A stretch of DNA of 64,000 nt from Mobula hypostoma (lineage: Eukaryota). The notes beneath the pieces were generated by a model that had not been told where the DNA came from, made no database searches, and was given only the letters and a program-made list of their open reading frames with translations. Made by a program: the position numbers and the translations under genes. The stretch covers positions 67,644,001 through 67,708,000 of the forward strand of contig NC_086108.1 of NCBI RefSeq assembly GCF_963921235.1. Reading direction: 5' to 3'. Below are positions 37,509-49,780 of the stretch, piece by piece; positions within the stretch are counted from its first letter, which is position 1; each line of letters starts with the position of its first letter.

Positions 37509-37646
37509 CTTTTCAAACTTCATTTTGTCATTGAAGGTCAATGGAAAGACAGAAGGGAGAAATTTGGTTTTCTGGAATTTTCCTAACATGCATACACTGA
37601 CGTAGACATCATCCTTTTCCGATAGGTACACTCCAGGACATGTAAC
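37509..37646 (-). CDS. spata6: SPATA6-family exon 2 (VTCPGVYLSEKDDVYVSVCMLGKFQKTKFLPSVFPLTFNDKMKFEK)
   Basis: 138 nt, TAG acceptor, GTATGA donor, phase 0/0. VTCPGV...FP...M.FEK is the conserved SPATA6 N-terminal domain. Confidence 0.93.
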
Positions 37647-38169
37647 CTATAATAAATTATTTCAAATGAATAGCATTACAATATTAATATAGATTAATAA
37701 CCCCTAATAACTTTACCAACATTAATTGAAATCACTCATTTTGACAATATTGCAATGTTAATGCTTAAATTATTCTTTTGGCAAAGCTTTTTCAATTTCC
37801 TTCCCTTCTTTTTATGGCAATTCTGTCTTTATGGTCATGCCTTAAATTGCAATTAATAATGCTGATGAAAGATCGTATTAAATACTAAACTTACTAAACG
37901 TACATTTTCACAAACAAAATTAAATACTTCATAGTTCAAACCTTGCAGTTCCTAAATGTTATCATAAAAATACCCTTAAATATAGGAAGCAGTTTATAAA
38001 CATTCTTACTAGATTTTCAATGAAAATAAAGAGAACTAGTTGCTGTGATTGCAGGTATCAATGAAATAATTGAAATGCCTCCAACCAGGTTTAAAATCAA
38101 ACAAGGATAAATCCTTTTAATTGTTGAACTGACACAAAACATATACATTTGTTATAATCAATTAAATCC

Positions 38170-38570
38170 TGCCTTTCCACTGTATTGGACCCCTACCAGT
38201 GTCCATATCACCCAAATCAGTCCACTGATGATGCAACAGCCTCTGCCCTCTACTCAGCCTTAGCCCACTGGAGAATGGTGTCTCCTACATCAGAATACTG
38301 TTCATTCACTTCAGTTCAATGTTCAATATGATCATTCCTCAGAAGCTGATAGGTAAACTGTCCTTGTTGGATTTCAACACCCCCCTCTGTAACTGGACCT
38401 TGACTTTGTGATGGAAAGACCTCAAACATCTGTGTTGGCAGCAACATCTCTGGCTTTATCACACTGAGCAGCAGCACCCCCCCCCCCCCCAGGCTGTGTG
38501 CCCAGGCCACTGCTATTCACACTGACACATGACTGCACTGGTAGATTCAGCTCCAAACACATCTTTAAGT
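38170..38570 (+). mobile_element. Degenerate Rex/Babar-type RT fragment
   Basis: TCCACTGATGATGCA (STDDA) and ATACTGTTCATTCACTTCAGTTCAATGTTCAAT (ILFI.FSS.FN). Confidence 0.65.
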
Positions 38571-39784
38571 GCTGTAGTGCTCTATGACTCTACAAAATAA
38601 GTACTGCCATCTCCCGACTTCTGAGCATTACCTCCTCAATATTGAGGTTAATCTGTTGCAGCATTAGAAATTCCTCCACTCAATACAATAATATTGTGCT
38701 CCATGCAAAATAATTAAACTGAATGGTTCTCGTGAAGCATTCATTTGGCTTTGCACCTTTCAAACACATGAAATGCAAGCTCAGAGAAAGCTGGTAGATC
38801 CAGCACGTATTATGCCCCTTAAAAAATTCTTCTTGTTGGGTCTGCCCCATATAGAGCACAGGCTAATCAAGGAAGCAAAATTGAACAGCCAGACCACTCA
38901 CAGACATGAAATCAAACATATGGATCATCCTATGGGTGATCTGATGATGGGTTTTTCTTCTCACAGATGTGTGCCCTATCCTGCTATATCCACGATTTTC
39001 TGTTTTCATCCTATGGGTAATTCTCCACCTACCCACACTCCCAACAACCCAGTGGCGGCACCAGAGATTTTTCTTGCTGGTTCTACAGTGGGGCTGAGTT
39101 ATTCAGTGATGGTGCTGAGGGACGTGCTGTATGGTAATATGTATTCGCAATAATACATATTTTAGACATGTGACATTCAAAAGTCAGTTTCAAGCATTAT
39201 GTGCCTATTATAAATGCCTCTGTTGGTTCACAAGCAACAGCAATTGGTAGATCTAATATAGAAGTGAACTGTGACAGTGTTAACAGCATCGGAGACAACC
39301 CGGGCTACACAGGGCATAAACAAACGAACCAACAGAGCATCCGACCCACAGCGCACAACATGAATCACGCATCAATCAGCGTCAATTGCGTGCTTTTCAA
39401 CTGAAAAACACAACACTAACCCACAATGTCCACTGCTATTCACATTACATAGACAGACAATGCCAAAAGATACACCGTTATTAAAGTCAAATAAGGCAAA
39501 CAACAGATGCAAGGCTTTATCAGGAGTTGGACAAATCGTACTCTGACCATGCAATACCTCAATTAATTCGGCTACTGAATTTAAAACAAAAATCAACAGA
39601 ATCACCGCTTGGAAGTATAAGCAAAACCAGTATGCTTAATAGCAGTAGATGTATTATTTTAGAATTTGCAGGAAACATAAGGACTATGGGGTATCCATCA
39701 CAAAATAATAATAATAATAATAATCAGCATTAGTCTTGGCCCAAATTTCTTAAAAATCAACTGCACTCACCATTGATGTTGTTT

Positions 39785-42161
39785 TCAGAGAAGGACAACC
39801 CGTTTGTTGTTGTGATTGGTGGCGAAAGCATCAATGATTTTCTGGATGTCAAGTGCTTTGGTCCTCCGGCTGTTTATGGCCAACAGGGCCAAGTTGCTGT
39901 TCCGTGCATCGCCGCCGCTATTCCTTAGGTAGTTTTTGAGGCGTCTGAGGCAAGAGAAACTCCGTTTGCATGAGGCAGATGTCACAGGCAGAGTCTGTGA
40001 TATGCAGATTAGTTTGTATAAATCTATAAATGCATCGCGGTAGGGTCTCATTAGAGCTAGAAATTCCACTGTGTCATTCACTGTCTGTCCTTGCTTTTGT
40101 TTTGTTTCCAGCAGACGCCGAACCTGATGTAGCTCTGTAGTCATGTTCACTTCAGTCACTCCATAGTACTCGGCCATTGGCCAAAGACAATTCTTGTCTA
40201 GGAAGAACTTGTGTTTGGAAGTCAGTGCTGAGACTCCAATCAGAACACCCCCAGTCTCAGCTGAGAACCGTCCTTTCATTTCAGTCAGAAGTCTGTCTAT
40301 AACCGGATAGAAACAGTGCGTACGAAGGTCAGAGGATGTGACAGGTCTGCGTTCACAACAACAAAATCATGTAGGCGGCAGGGTGGTTGGGCCTGTCTCC
40401 TTTCATGTGGTTTGTCTGCTCTGTATACCAACCTTGACGCACAGGTCCCTAGCTCTTGCCTGAATTTCACTTGATTCTTCTCCCCGTTTTGCTAAGAGTG
40501 CATCGATAACAGACTGAGCCAAATCCACAGCTGATGAAAGCTCCAAACTGGGAGATTGTAGTTGGTCTGACATGAACTTGGTGACTCGGAATAAATCCTC
40601 AAACAGAGTGAGAAGTAAAGCAAACTGCTCGTCAATCAGTCCATTTACAGCTCTGGCCTCCATTTTCCTCAGTGCATTTGGTTGACCCATAATATCCTGT
40701 AGTGTAGCTAGAATGGCAGGGAGTGATTTCCTTATAGCCCACAAAGCTGCATACTGCCATGCCCAGCGTGTATCCGACAATTTCTTCAACTCCACGGGCT
40801 GTGCAGTTGATTCCAGTTCTCTCTGTTTCTTCATGAAAAGATCGTGGGGCAACAGAGTTTGAAAAGAAGTTGTAAAACAGCTGCACAGTTTTAAAAAAAC
40901 TCACCCGCTTGTCGTACATTGCTCACAACATCCACAAAAAAAAAGGTTAGGTTAAGTCTGTGAGCATGGCAGTTTATATATAATGCCTGCGGGACCTCTT
41001 TCCTGAACCTCTCTTGTACCCCGTTATTGCACCCGGACATCACTGCCGCCCCGTCATAACACTGACCTATACACGCGTTCTTATCAATAACACACTGGGC
41101 GAGTGTCTGTTCAATGCTTTGAAGAAGCGACACTGCGTCCAAACCTTCTGCTGGAGTGAAGTGCAAGAATTCTTCAAGCACTGTTTCGTTATTCAAATAC
41201 CGTACCACTACTGATATTTGCTCCTTTTTACTCAAGTCTTTACTTTCATCCACCATGATGGCAAAATGACCAGCCTCCTTGATTTCTGCACTTATTTGAC
41301 GTCTGACCATATCTGCTAAAATACCCATAATTTCATTTTGGATATTGTGATGGATGTTCTTTGCATTTCCAGGATTATCCTATTTTTTTTAGCTACAGTC
41401 TTATCAAACTGCCCAATTACACTGAGCAACTCAACAAAGTTTCCCCTATTGCCAGATCCATCATTCTCCCGGTGTCCTCGCTGAGCAATGCCTTAGCACG
41501 CTGTATAGCATAGAGACTCAACCACTGCTCTCATATACTCACGATTTTCTTGGACAACCTTTGCATATCCTTTATCAAGCATATTTCCCAATCTTGAACC
41601 GTCTTGTTTTCTCAATCTGAATTCGGCCCATGCCTCCATCGCAAACTTATGAGCTGCACTTGCATGGTGGGTTTTGAAAGCTGTTGTAGCTTTCCACCAG
41701 TTGCGGTAACCGGTGACAGTGAAGGTAGACTCAGAATGGAACCCATGTCCTCCACACAGGAAATGCCTGCATGCAGAGCAGAACGTAATATTTTTCGTGA
41801 TCGAATATTCCAGCCTGGAGTACAGGTCAAATCAGCCACGAATAAAACTCCTTTGCTGATTGCCAAACTGTTGCGAAGGGTACTTTTTCAATGCTGGCCA
41901 ACAGGGTCCTTCCTCAGGCTGCTGGCTAACATTGCTAACAGTACTCCAACTAGCACTATGACCAGCTTCATCCACGTTCTCTTCTGAATCCCGCTCCATT
42001 TCTTGTTCCTCTACTTCGCCCTCACACTCCTTCGATGAACTGCTGTCGTCCTCATCCCCACTTACTTCCTTCTGCATGTCACTTTCAATTAAGACAGGCT
42101 TAGGCTGAGACACCACTGATTCCTCTGGATGAGGTCGTTTTCTCACTAAAAATCGATCCAT
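39785..42161 (-). pseudogene. Frameshifted hAT transposase (ZMYM1-like)
   Basis: Consecutive ORF pieces: MDRFLVRKR..., FAIMVDESKDLSKKEQISVVVRY, GQCYDGAAVMSG, YINCHAHRLNL, LKKLSDTRW, LPVTSASCKRSFSCLRRLKNYLR. Confidence 0.9.
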
Positions 42162-42220
42162 TTTTCACGCCGGCCAAAATAATGCACGTGCCAGGCCCAC
42201 TCTAGCTTGTAAAAGCACAA

Positions 42221-42248
42221 TGTGTGTGTGTGTGTGTGTGTGTGTGTG
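42221..42248. repeat. (TG)14 microsatellite
   Basis: Read directly from the sequence. Confidence 0.9.
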
Positions 42249-43499
42249 GCATCCGTTAGTCTCGCGAGACCATGGCTCTGCGCCTGGATGTATACTATCA
42301 ACCTCTCGCGTGAGTGAAAGTAAGTGACATCACCACCTTAAGTGATCTTAGATCAGCTTAACTGATCTGAGGACAGCAATGGCAAGACATTGACAACAAA
42401 TGAATAAGCAGAAGCGTAGAGCGGATGTGACAGAGTTTAAACTTTATTGCTGCGTGGGTGCTATGGTAATTGGGGACGCTGTTTCACTAGATCAACTGGA
42501 GAAACAAGCTGTATTCAAAACTATACAGAGAAAGCAAAGCAGCTGCAATTTGTACGTGAAATTTCAGTTAATTTCTTGGTGGTGCTACGGTGGTGCTATT
42601 GTATTTCTGCTGGGGCTATAGCACCAGCTAGCACCACCTTAGCGCCACCCCTGTACCAACCTCCTGCAAATGCACATTCTCTTTAAACACCAAACTTACA
42701 CAGGTCACCCAGTGTAACACTAGAGTGGATTTCAGAAAATACTGTATTCACCACCTCCACCTCAAATGCTTCAGGAACTGTAACATCTCTGAGTTCATCC
42801 ACATCAAAGGAATAATCTATCTACAAATTTAATGAGGCAAGGCCTGTAATATTGTACTTGACACCTTGGACCTCACACACACTGTCTGTGCACAAACCAT
42901 GTATTGGCTAGTACACCGTCTGTTCAAACATCTGCTTGACCTTTACATTTAATAGGTAGTGGGAGCTTATCCCCACTACCACCGCCCACCGCCCACCCTG
43001 GCTATAACATTATGACTACATACAATCATACTTCAACCAGACATTTACACTAATCCCAGTTTATACTCCAGAAGTTTCTAGCAACTCTCCCAGATTCTAT
43101 AATTTACTTACACAGGTGGAATAATTTACAAACAAATGCAGCTTGGGATATGGAAGGAAACTGGAGCACCCAGAGGAAACCCTTGATAAGAGAATAAACC
43201 AAGACCATTCATAGAAAGACTACCAAAACAAAAAGATTTGTCATCAAGACACCCAAGGTTCCATTTTGTAGATAATTAAAAGAATAGGCAAATTAGGTAG
43301 GTTTTGAGCTTCTTAAGAATAGGAAACAGAGAGGCAAAGATTTACACAAATAAAGCAGTAATTTTGCAACCAACTTTTTCCTGCAATAACCAAAACCTTC
43401 CTTCCATTCCAGCACTTCTCCATGTATTAAACTTCAGAAACTACACTGCTCAGTAGCAAATGCAAAACACAAGACTCCATGGACAGTGATATTTTCTAC

Positions 43500-45350
43500 T
43501 TCAAGATTCAAGATAGTTTATTGTCATTCTTCAATACAAAAATGTAAAGGAGAACAAAATGATTGTAATTCCAGATCCAGTGCCGCATAAAAAAACAATA
43601 AATATAAAAGCAATCTTATAAAACACAATGTACAATTGTTGAGTATGGTTGTTTATACATAAGATGAGCCTATATACATAGACTATAGATAATATAAGAT
43701 AGGTACAGGAGTATCTGATCATAAGATGACTGACAAGAAATGATAAAGTGACAGTGTGAACTCTTCTAGGTAACAGCAGACATCCTACCCTGTAAAAACT
43801 CATTTCAGGGAGGTAGCACCATCAATTTGTGGGAGACTTCCGGGAGAGGTGGGATGTCTGCAATAGAGTAGCTCCTTAGCAGCTAGCCAGCTAGTTTAAA
43901 TAATGTTAGCTATGCTAATAAACAAATGACACCTGTTAAACTCACCTCAACATGTCTTTTATAGTCTTAACCCACCATGGGCAATAGAAAAGTCATTGTT
44001 GCAAACAGTGTAGTGAGCAACACTGTCATCATTTTGACCCCTATTAGGCAGAGGTACACTTTAGTGTAGTCTGGGGTGACGTACGTTTTATATTTTTTTT
44101 TGAACACTCTGCAATGGCGCGCTCTCGCTCACGATCTCTCTCTCTCTCTCGCGGTCGCTCTCTCTTGCTTTCTCTCGCTCGCTCTCAAAAAAATTGATTT
44201 CCGTGATATTGTATATAATTTGCGTGCATCAGGGAGCCACTATTAATATGCGGGAGACTCCCGGAAGTTCCAGGAGAGGTGGGATGTCTGTAACAGCAGC
44301 GCAGATGAAAACATAGCGAAGGTTTCAGTTTAGATATCAAGAGTAAAATGGGGAAGATGAAGGGTGCTGAGGGCCTGTGGAGAGGTGTGACTGATGTAGA
44401 TGGGGCCGTGGGCTTCAAGTCTTCAGGGAAGCAACTGTTTTGAGTCTGTTGGTGCTGATGTAGATGCATCATAGCTTCCTCCATGATAGGACTGGGACAA
44501 ACAGTCCATTAGCAGGGTGGGTAGGATCCTGCATGATATTGCTGGGCTTTTTCTGGCACCTTTCTGTATACATGTCATTGATGGTGCATGGGGTGCTGCC
44601 AGTGATGCATTGGGCAGTTCTCTCTACCCGTTGTAGAATCCTTCAAACTGCCGCAGTACAGTTTCGATGCCATACAGTGATGCAGCATGTTGGGACGCTC
44701 TCAACTGTGCATCTGTAAAAAGCCCTGAGTACTGATGTGCATAGTCCAACTCTCTTCACTTTCTCAAAAAATAGAGGCATTGGTGAACTTTCTTGATGGT
44801 AGAGGGTGTGTTTTGGGACCATGAGAGGTTGTGTGAGATGTGCACTCCCAGGAGCTTGATCAGTTTCTACTGCTATACCACCAATGTATAGAGGAGTGTG
44901 AATGGTGCATGTTTTCCTGCAGTCGATAACCATTTCCTTTGTCTTGTTGACATTGCAGAAGAGGTTATTTGCCTGGCATTAGACTGAGCTTCTCCACCTC
45001 CTCTCTATAGGCTGCTTCATCACTGTTGTGTCATCGGTGAACTTGACAATGCGATTGCTTAGGTGTTTGGGTCGTGCAGCCGTGTGTGAGCAGTGTACAG
45101 CAGCAGGCTCAGCACACAGCTCTGGGGGGCACCTGTGTTGTTGATGATGGGGAGGGAGGAAAGGTTGTGTATCCCGACTGTCTGAGGCCCATTGGTTAGG
45201 AAGTCCAATACCCAGTTGTGCAGTGGTGTATTTAGATCAGAGTAGGAGTTGGCGCATCAAGGAATTTGGAAAAATAGTGTTGAATGCCGAAATGAAATCC
45301 AGAAACAGCTTTCTGAAAAGTGTCCTCATTTTCTGGGTGTGTCAGGGCCA
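43500..45350 (-). mobile_element. Rex/Babar-type LINE (43500-43776 plus 44297-45350) split by a hAT insertion
   Basis: FYRCTVESVPTCCITVW, KFTDDTTV, TGAPQS and DFISAFNT motifs; TCAAGATTCAAGAT tail at 43501. Confidence 0.8.
43777..44290 (-). mobile_element. Second member of the 6-bp-TSD hAT family (514 bp)
   Basis: Termini CAGACATCCTACC...GGTGGGATGTCTG. TSD TAACAG (43771-43776, 44291-44296). BED-finger remnant at 43945-44025 and an extra internal terminus ending at 43860. Confidence 0.85.
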
Positions 45351-45832
45351 GGTGACTGATACATTATGTGGTCATACTATGGTATCTGTAGTAAAGGGGT
45401 TCTGTTCATTAGCATATTGCTGATTGTCTACTATTCCATTAAGGATACTTGAAAAACATCCTCAGAATTAATCACGTCTCCAAAATTAAGAAATTTAATT
45501 CCATTGATGAGCGGCAAAATGTTGGATCAGATAAGTGGGGGGGGGGAGAACTCTAACATTGGGGCAAAACGGCCTGTTTTCTGCATGAACAGTTGTCCTC
45601 AGCTTCAGAAACTTCCCGCTCCCCTCAGTGCCTCATAATTCAATTAACAGCTCAGAATCCCAACTGAACAGCATTTTCCCACAGGCTATCGATCTGAAAT
45701 ACGTCAATCAAACTTCAAACCAACCCGTTACCTGCTTATCCTAGCCAACCCCTCCCCATCCCCATCCCCTGTCTTTCCAGAAAAGAAATACCACATCACC
45801 CCAACCCCCGAGCAGTCGGCATCCGCACTCAC

Positions 45833-45880
45833 CGCCTGGATTTTCAGATGCACCGTTAACTTCAGAACTTTTTTCGGCAT
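45833..45880 (-). CDS. spata6: SPATA6-family gene, coding exon 1 (MPKKVLKLTVHLKIQA)
   Basis: ATG at 45880-45878, 48 nt, followed by a GTGAGT donor (45832-45827). Lies in a CpG-rich patch and joins exon 2 in frame. Confidence 0.88.
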
Positions 45881-46100
45881 TTTTCTCTGAAACTTGTTAA
45901 ATCACAATTTCCGGAAGCTGTGCAGCAAACAACTGCCAATCGAATCGCAAATGTTACCACGTTGTCATGGTGTCTGGCCACAGCGTGACGCTACATGAAG
46001 GAAGTGACGTTCGTCACTGTACGTGGTGCGACTGCGAATGGTATTTCTATAAGCTCCTCTTGGTGTAAACTGATTCGGAAGTGTACGGGTTGCTAGATTC
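45881..46100 (-). promoter_or_regulatory. CpG-rich 5'UTR/proximal promoter of the SPATA6-family gene
   Basis: Local CpG enrichment in an otherwise CpG-poor background. Motifs: TTCCGGAA ETS (45909-45916), CCAAT (45936-45940), X-box-like GTTGTCATGGTGTC (45961-45974), GGAAGTGACGT ETS-CRE (46000-46010). Confidence 0.65.
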
Positions 46101-46879
46101 ACCTTAAAAAAATCACTTTAATAAAAGGTAGTAATTAAGCCATACAACAGCAACACACAAAACGCTGGAGAAACTCCGCAGGTCAGGCGGCATCTACAGA
46201 GAGAAATAAGCAGAAGACGTTTGGTGGGGTGGGAGGCTATCAGGACTTTGCACCAACTAAATTTGAAGACAGAGAGGAAGGTAAAGTTGATGAAATTGAC
46301 GAACTCGGCACGGATATAGAGGAAGAGTGGGGAACGTTAGCAGTACAGGCTTTGAACTTGGACCGTACTAAGTAGCCGATAGAAGGGCAGACACAGCTAA
46401 GGCCCATATGGATGCCCATGGCTATGGGGGGGGGGGGGAACCACTGGAATCTTAAGTAAAGAATGTGATAGCAAGATATTTAAAGAATGATATAAACCCT
46501 ACTTTCAATTTATTAACACCACGTGCATAGCAACAAGCTCCTAATGAACAACCAGTCTGAGGGGAAAACCCTGTTCACATATAACCTCTTTGCAAGTAAT
46601 CAAAGAGCACAGTCTACTTATTCAACCCCAGGAGTCCACTTAAAAGTTTTACTTTAGAAATTGCCAATCACTTCTATTGAAATTTGTGCAATAATATTCT
46701 ATTAAATGATGTAACATCACTGATACTTCAAGTCCATTGAACCCAGCTGTTGGCGATGCTGATGCTGTATCAAATCAAAGGTTTATTTTCAATTAATAGT
46801 CACAAGGCAGGTGAGAATATATACACATTCATGCTAATTGACCCTTATCAAGATGATTCAATGCAGTACTGTGGAGGTC

Positions 46880-48660
46880 CAGTCTATCATGGCTGTTTTA
46901 TTATCCCTTTCAACTCCATTCACCTGACTTCTCCCCATAACCTTTGACACCCTGACTAATCAAGAACCTATCGACCCCCACTTTAAATATATTCAATGAC
47001 TTGGCCTCCACAGCCATCCAAGCATGAATTCCACAGATCCCCTATCGTCTAGCTAAAGAAATTCCTCCTCATCTCTATTCTAAATAGACGTTTCTCTATT
47101 CTGAGGCTGTGCCTTCTAGCCCTAGACTCACCCACCATAGAAAACATCCTCTCCACGTCCACTTAATATCCAATAGGTTTATTCTTCTAAACTCTAAACT
47201 TCTAAGCAGGTACAGTCCCTGAACTATTAAACTTTCCTCATACGTTAACGCTTTCATTCCTGGAATCATTCTTGTGAACCTCCTCTGGACTGTCTTCAAT
47301 GCCAGCACATCTTTTCTTAGATATGGGGCCGAAAATTGCTCACAATGCTCCACGTGTGATCTGCTAATGCTTACAAAGCCTTCACCATCACATATTTCAG
47401 GTCCTCTCGAAATGAATGCTAACATTGCATTTGCCTTCCTTATCACATGCAAGTAAACCTTTTGGAAATCCTGCATGAGGACTCCCAAATCCCCTTGTAC
47501 CTCCGATTTTTGAATTTTTCCCGTTTAGAAATTACTTGCCCCTTGACCTATCTTTATATCATCCGCAAACTTGGCCACAAAGACTCCAATTCCATCATCC
47601 AGATCATTAACATATAATGTGAAAAGAAGCAGTCCCAACACCAACCTCTGCAGAACACCACTAGTCACTGGCAGCTAACCAGAAAAGGCCTGCTTTATTC
47701 CCAGTCTTTCCCTCCTGCCAGCAGCCAAACTTTTATCCATGGAAGTGCTTACCTGTAAGATACCATGAGCTCTTACCTTGTTAAGCAGCGTCATGTGTGG
47801 TACCTTGTTAAAGGCCTTCTGAAAATCCAAGTAAACAATATCCACTGACTCTCCTTTGTCTATTCTGGCTGTTATTTCATCAAACAATTCCAACAGGTTT
47901 GTCAAGCAAGATTTCCCCTGAAGAAAACCATGCTGACTTTGTCTTGTTGTATCATGTGCCTCCAAGTACCCCAAAACTTCATTCATAATAATAGACTCCA
48001 ACATCTTTCAACCATTGAAGACAGGCTAACTGGCCTATAATGTCCTTTCTTCTGCCTTTCTCCCTTCTTAAAGAGTGGAGTAACATTTGCAATTTTCCAG
48101 TCCTCTGCAACCATTCCAGAATCTAGTGATTCTTGAAAGGTCATTACTAATGCCTCCACAATCCTTTCACCTACCCCTTTCAGAACCCTGGGATGTAGTC
48201 TATCTGATCCAGGTGACACCTACCTTCAGACCTTTCAGCTTCCCAAGCATCTTCTCCTTGATAATAGCAAATATACTCACTTCTGTCACTTGACATTCTC
48301 GAATTTCTGGCATAGTGCTAATGTCTTCCACAGTGAAGACTGACGCAGAATACTTATTAAGTTCATCTGCCATATCTCTGTCCCCCTTTACTACCTCTCC
48401 AGTGTAATTTTCCAGTGGTCCAATATTCACTTTTGCCTTTCTTTTACTCTTTATACATCTGAAAAATCTTATGGTATCCTGTTTTATACTATTGCCTGTC
48501 TTTCCTTCACCTTTCATCTTTACTACCCCTATGGCCTTTGCTTTAGTTGCCTTCTGTTGGTTTTTAAAAGCTTCCCAGTTCTCCAACTTCCCACTAATTT
48601 TTGTTCTATTATATGCGCTATCATTTCCTCTCTTTTCTTTTGTGTATTTCCACCTTCAAA
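46880..48660 (-). mobile_element. Degenerate CR1 LINE
   Basis: ORF pieces QSQHGFLQGKSCLTNLLE, YLDFQKAFNKVPH and DWKIANVTPLFKKG, with several frameshifts. Confidence 0.88.
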
Positions 48661-48739
48661 AAATCAAATTCTGAAAGTCTGAAAAATGGAGCCTGCTCAT
48701 AGCCCTTGGATGGCCTGTAGAGCTTATGAGAATGATTAT

Positions 48740-49360
48740 GTTTTGGCTAATGTATTAGAATACTTTGAGGACTTAGCTAATGGAGTGGATGAGGTGACCC
48801 CAGAAGATAAGACTCGCAGAAAGCTTTCAGTTACATCCTAGCTAGAAAGTTGCTGAAGAAATTTATAACCTATTGAACAGGGGATTACATACTAGCGCAG
48901 AATGACAGCTGATTAAGTGATAGAAAACATGGGGTTTTCTCACCTTCTTCACAGGTGGGCAGAGTGTGAACAGTGGAATACCACAGGAATCAGTGGTTGG
49001 GCCCAGACTAGTCACAATCTATGTCAAAGATTTGGCTGAAATAACTAAATATAATATTTTCAAATTTGCCTTTGGCACAAGATGCACAGGGATGCAAAGA
49101 GATTTAAGCTGATATCGACAAACTGAATGAGTGAGAAGCAACTTGGCAAATGGAATACTGTAGTTGAAAGAGCTTCCCTGTAATTGGTAGGATAAGCAGA
49201 AATTTTAAGTATTTTTCTAATTGCTGAGAAATTGAGAAATGTTCAGAAGGACTTTGGTGTCCTTGTACCCAAGTTACTAAAACCTAAATTACAAATGTAG
49301 CAGATATTAGGAATGAAATTGGTATGTTGGCCTTTATGGCAAGAGGATTTGAATAAAAAT
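48740..49360 (+). mobile_element. Highly degenerate CR1 RT fragment
   Basis: AGTGGAATACCACAGGAATCAGTGGTTGGGCC (SGIPQESVVGP) and GGTATGTTGGCCTTTATGGCAAGAGG (GMLAFMAR). Confidence 0.6.
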
Positions 49361-49780
49361 TACATTTGTCTTAACACAGCAGTTACAGCTCTGTAGTTAT
49401 ACTGAATGATACAATTTTGAAGAAAGGGTCACTAACCTGAAGTGTTAACTCTATCTCTCTTTCTGCAGAGTGTTGCCTGATCTACTTACTATTTCCAGCA
49501 TTCTTTTTATTTCAGATTTCCATCTATACTTTTTTTTAAAATTGCTATTGTATAAAGTCTTGGCAAAACCAGACCAGGAGATTTAGGTAAAATGTTGGTT
49601 GCTTTACCTGAAAAAGGAAGTGCTTGCTCTAGAGTCATAGAGAAGTACAGCATAGAAATGGGCCATTTGGCCCATCTAGTCCATGCTGAAAACATTTAAA
49701 CTGCCTACTCCCATTGACCTGCACCAAGCCCATAGCCCTTGCCTTCTATATACCTATCCAAACTTTACTTAAATGTTGAA

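Larger units (their letters stand above)
39050..42653 (-). mobile_element. Near-full-length hAT transposon (Tip100/ZMYM1-like), 3.6 kb
   Basis: Imperfect TIRs CAGTGGCGGCACCAG / CTTAGCGCCACCCCTG. Flanks CAACAACC and TACCAACC match at 6 of 8 bases. Subterminal GGTGCT/AGCACC repeats. Confidence 0.88.

Noticed and set aside
39785..42161. ZMYM1 host gene
   Set aside because: Intronless, frameshifted and bounded by TIRs, so it is a transposon copy.
49425..49520. Additional hammerhead in an older PLE-like fragment
   Set aside because: The core boxes are degraded (TTGAAGA; GAAG instead of GAAA), so it is a relic at most.
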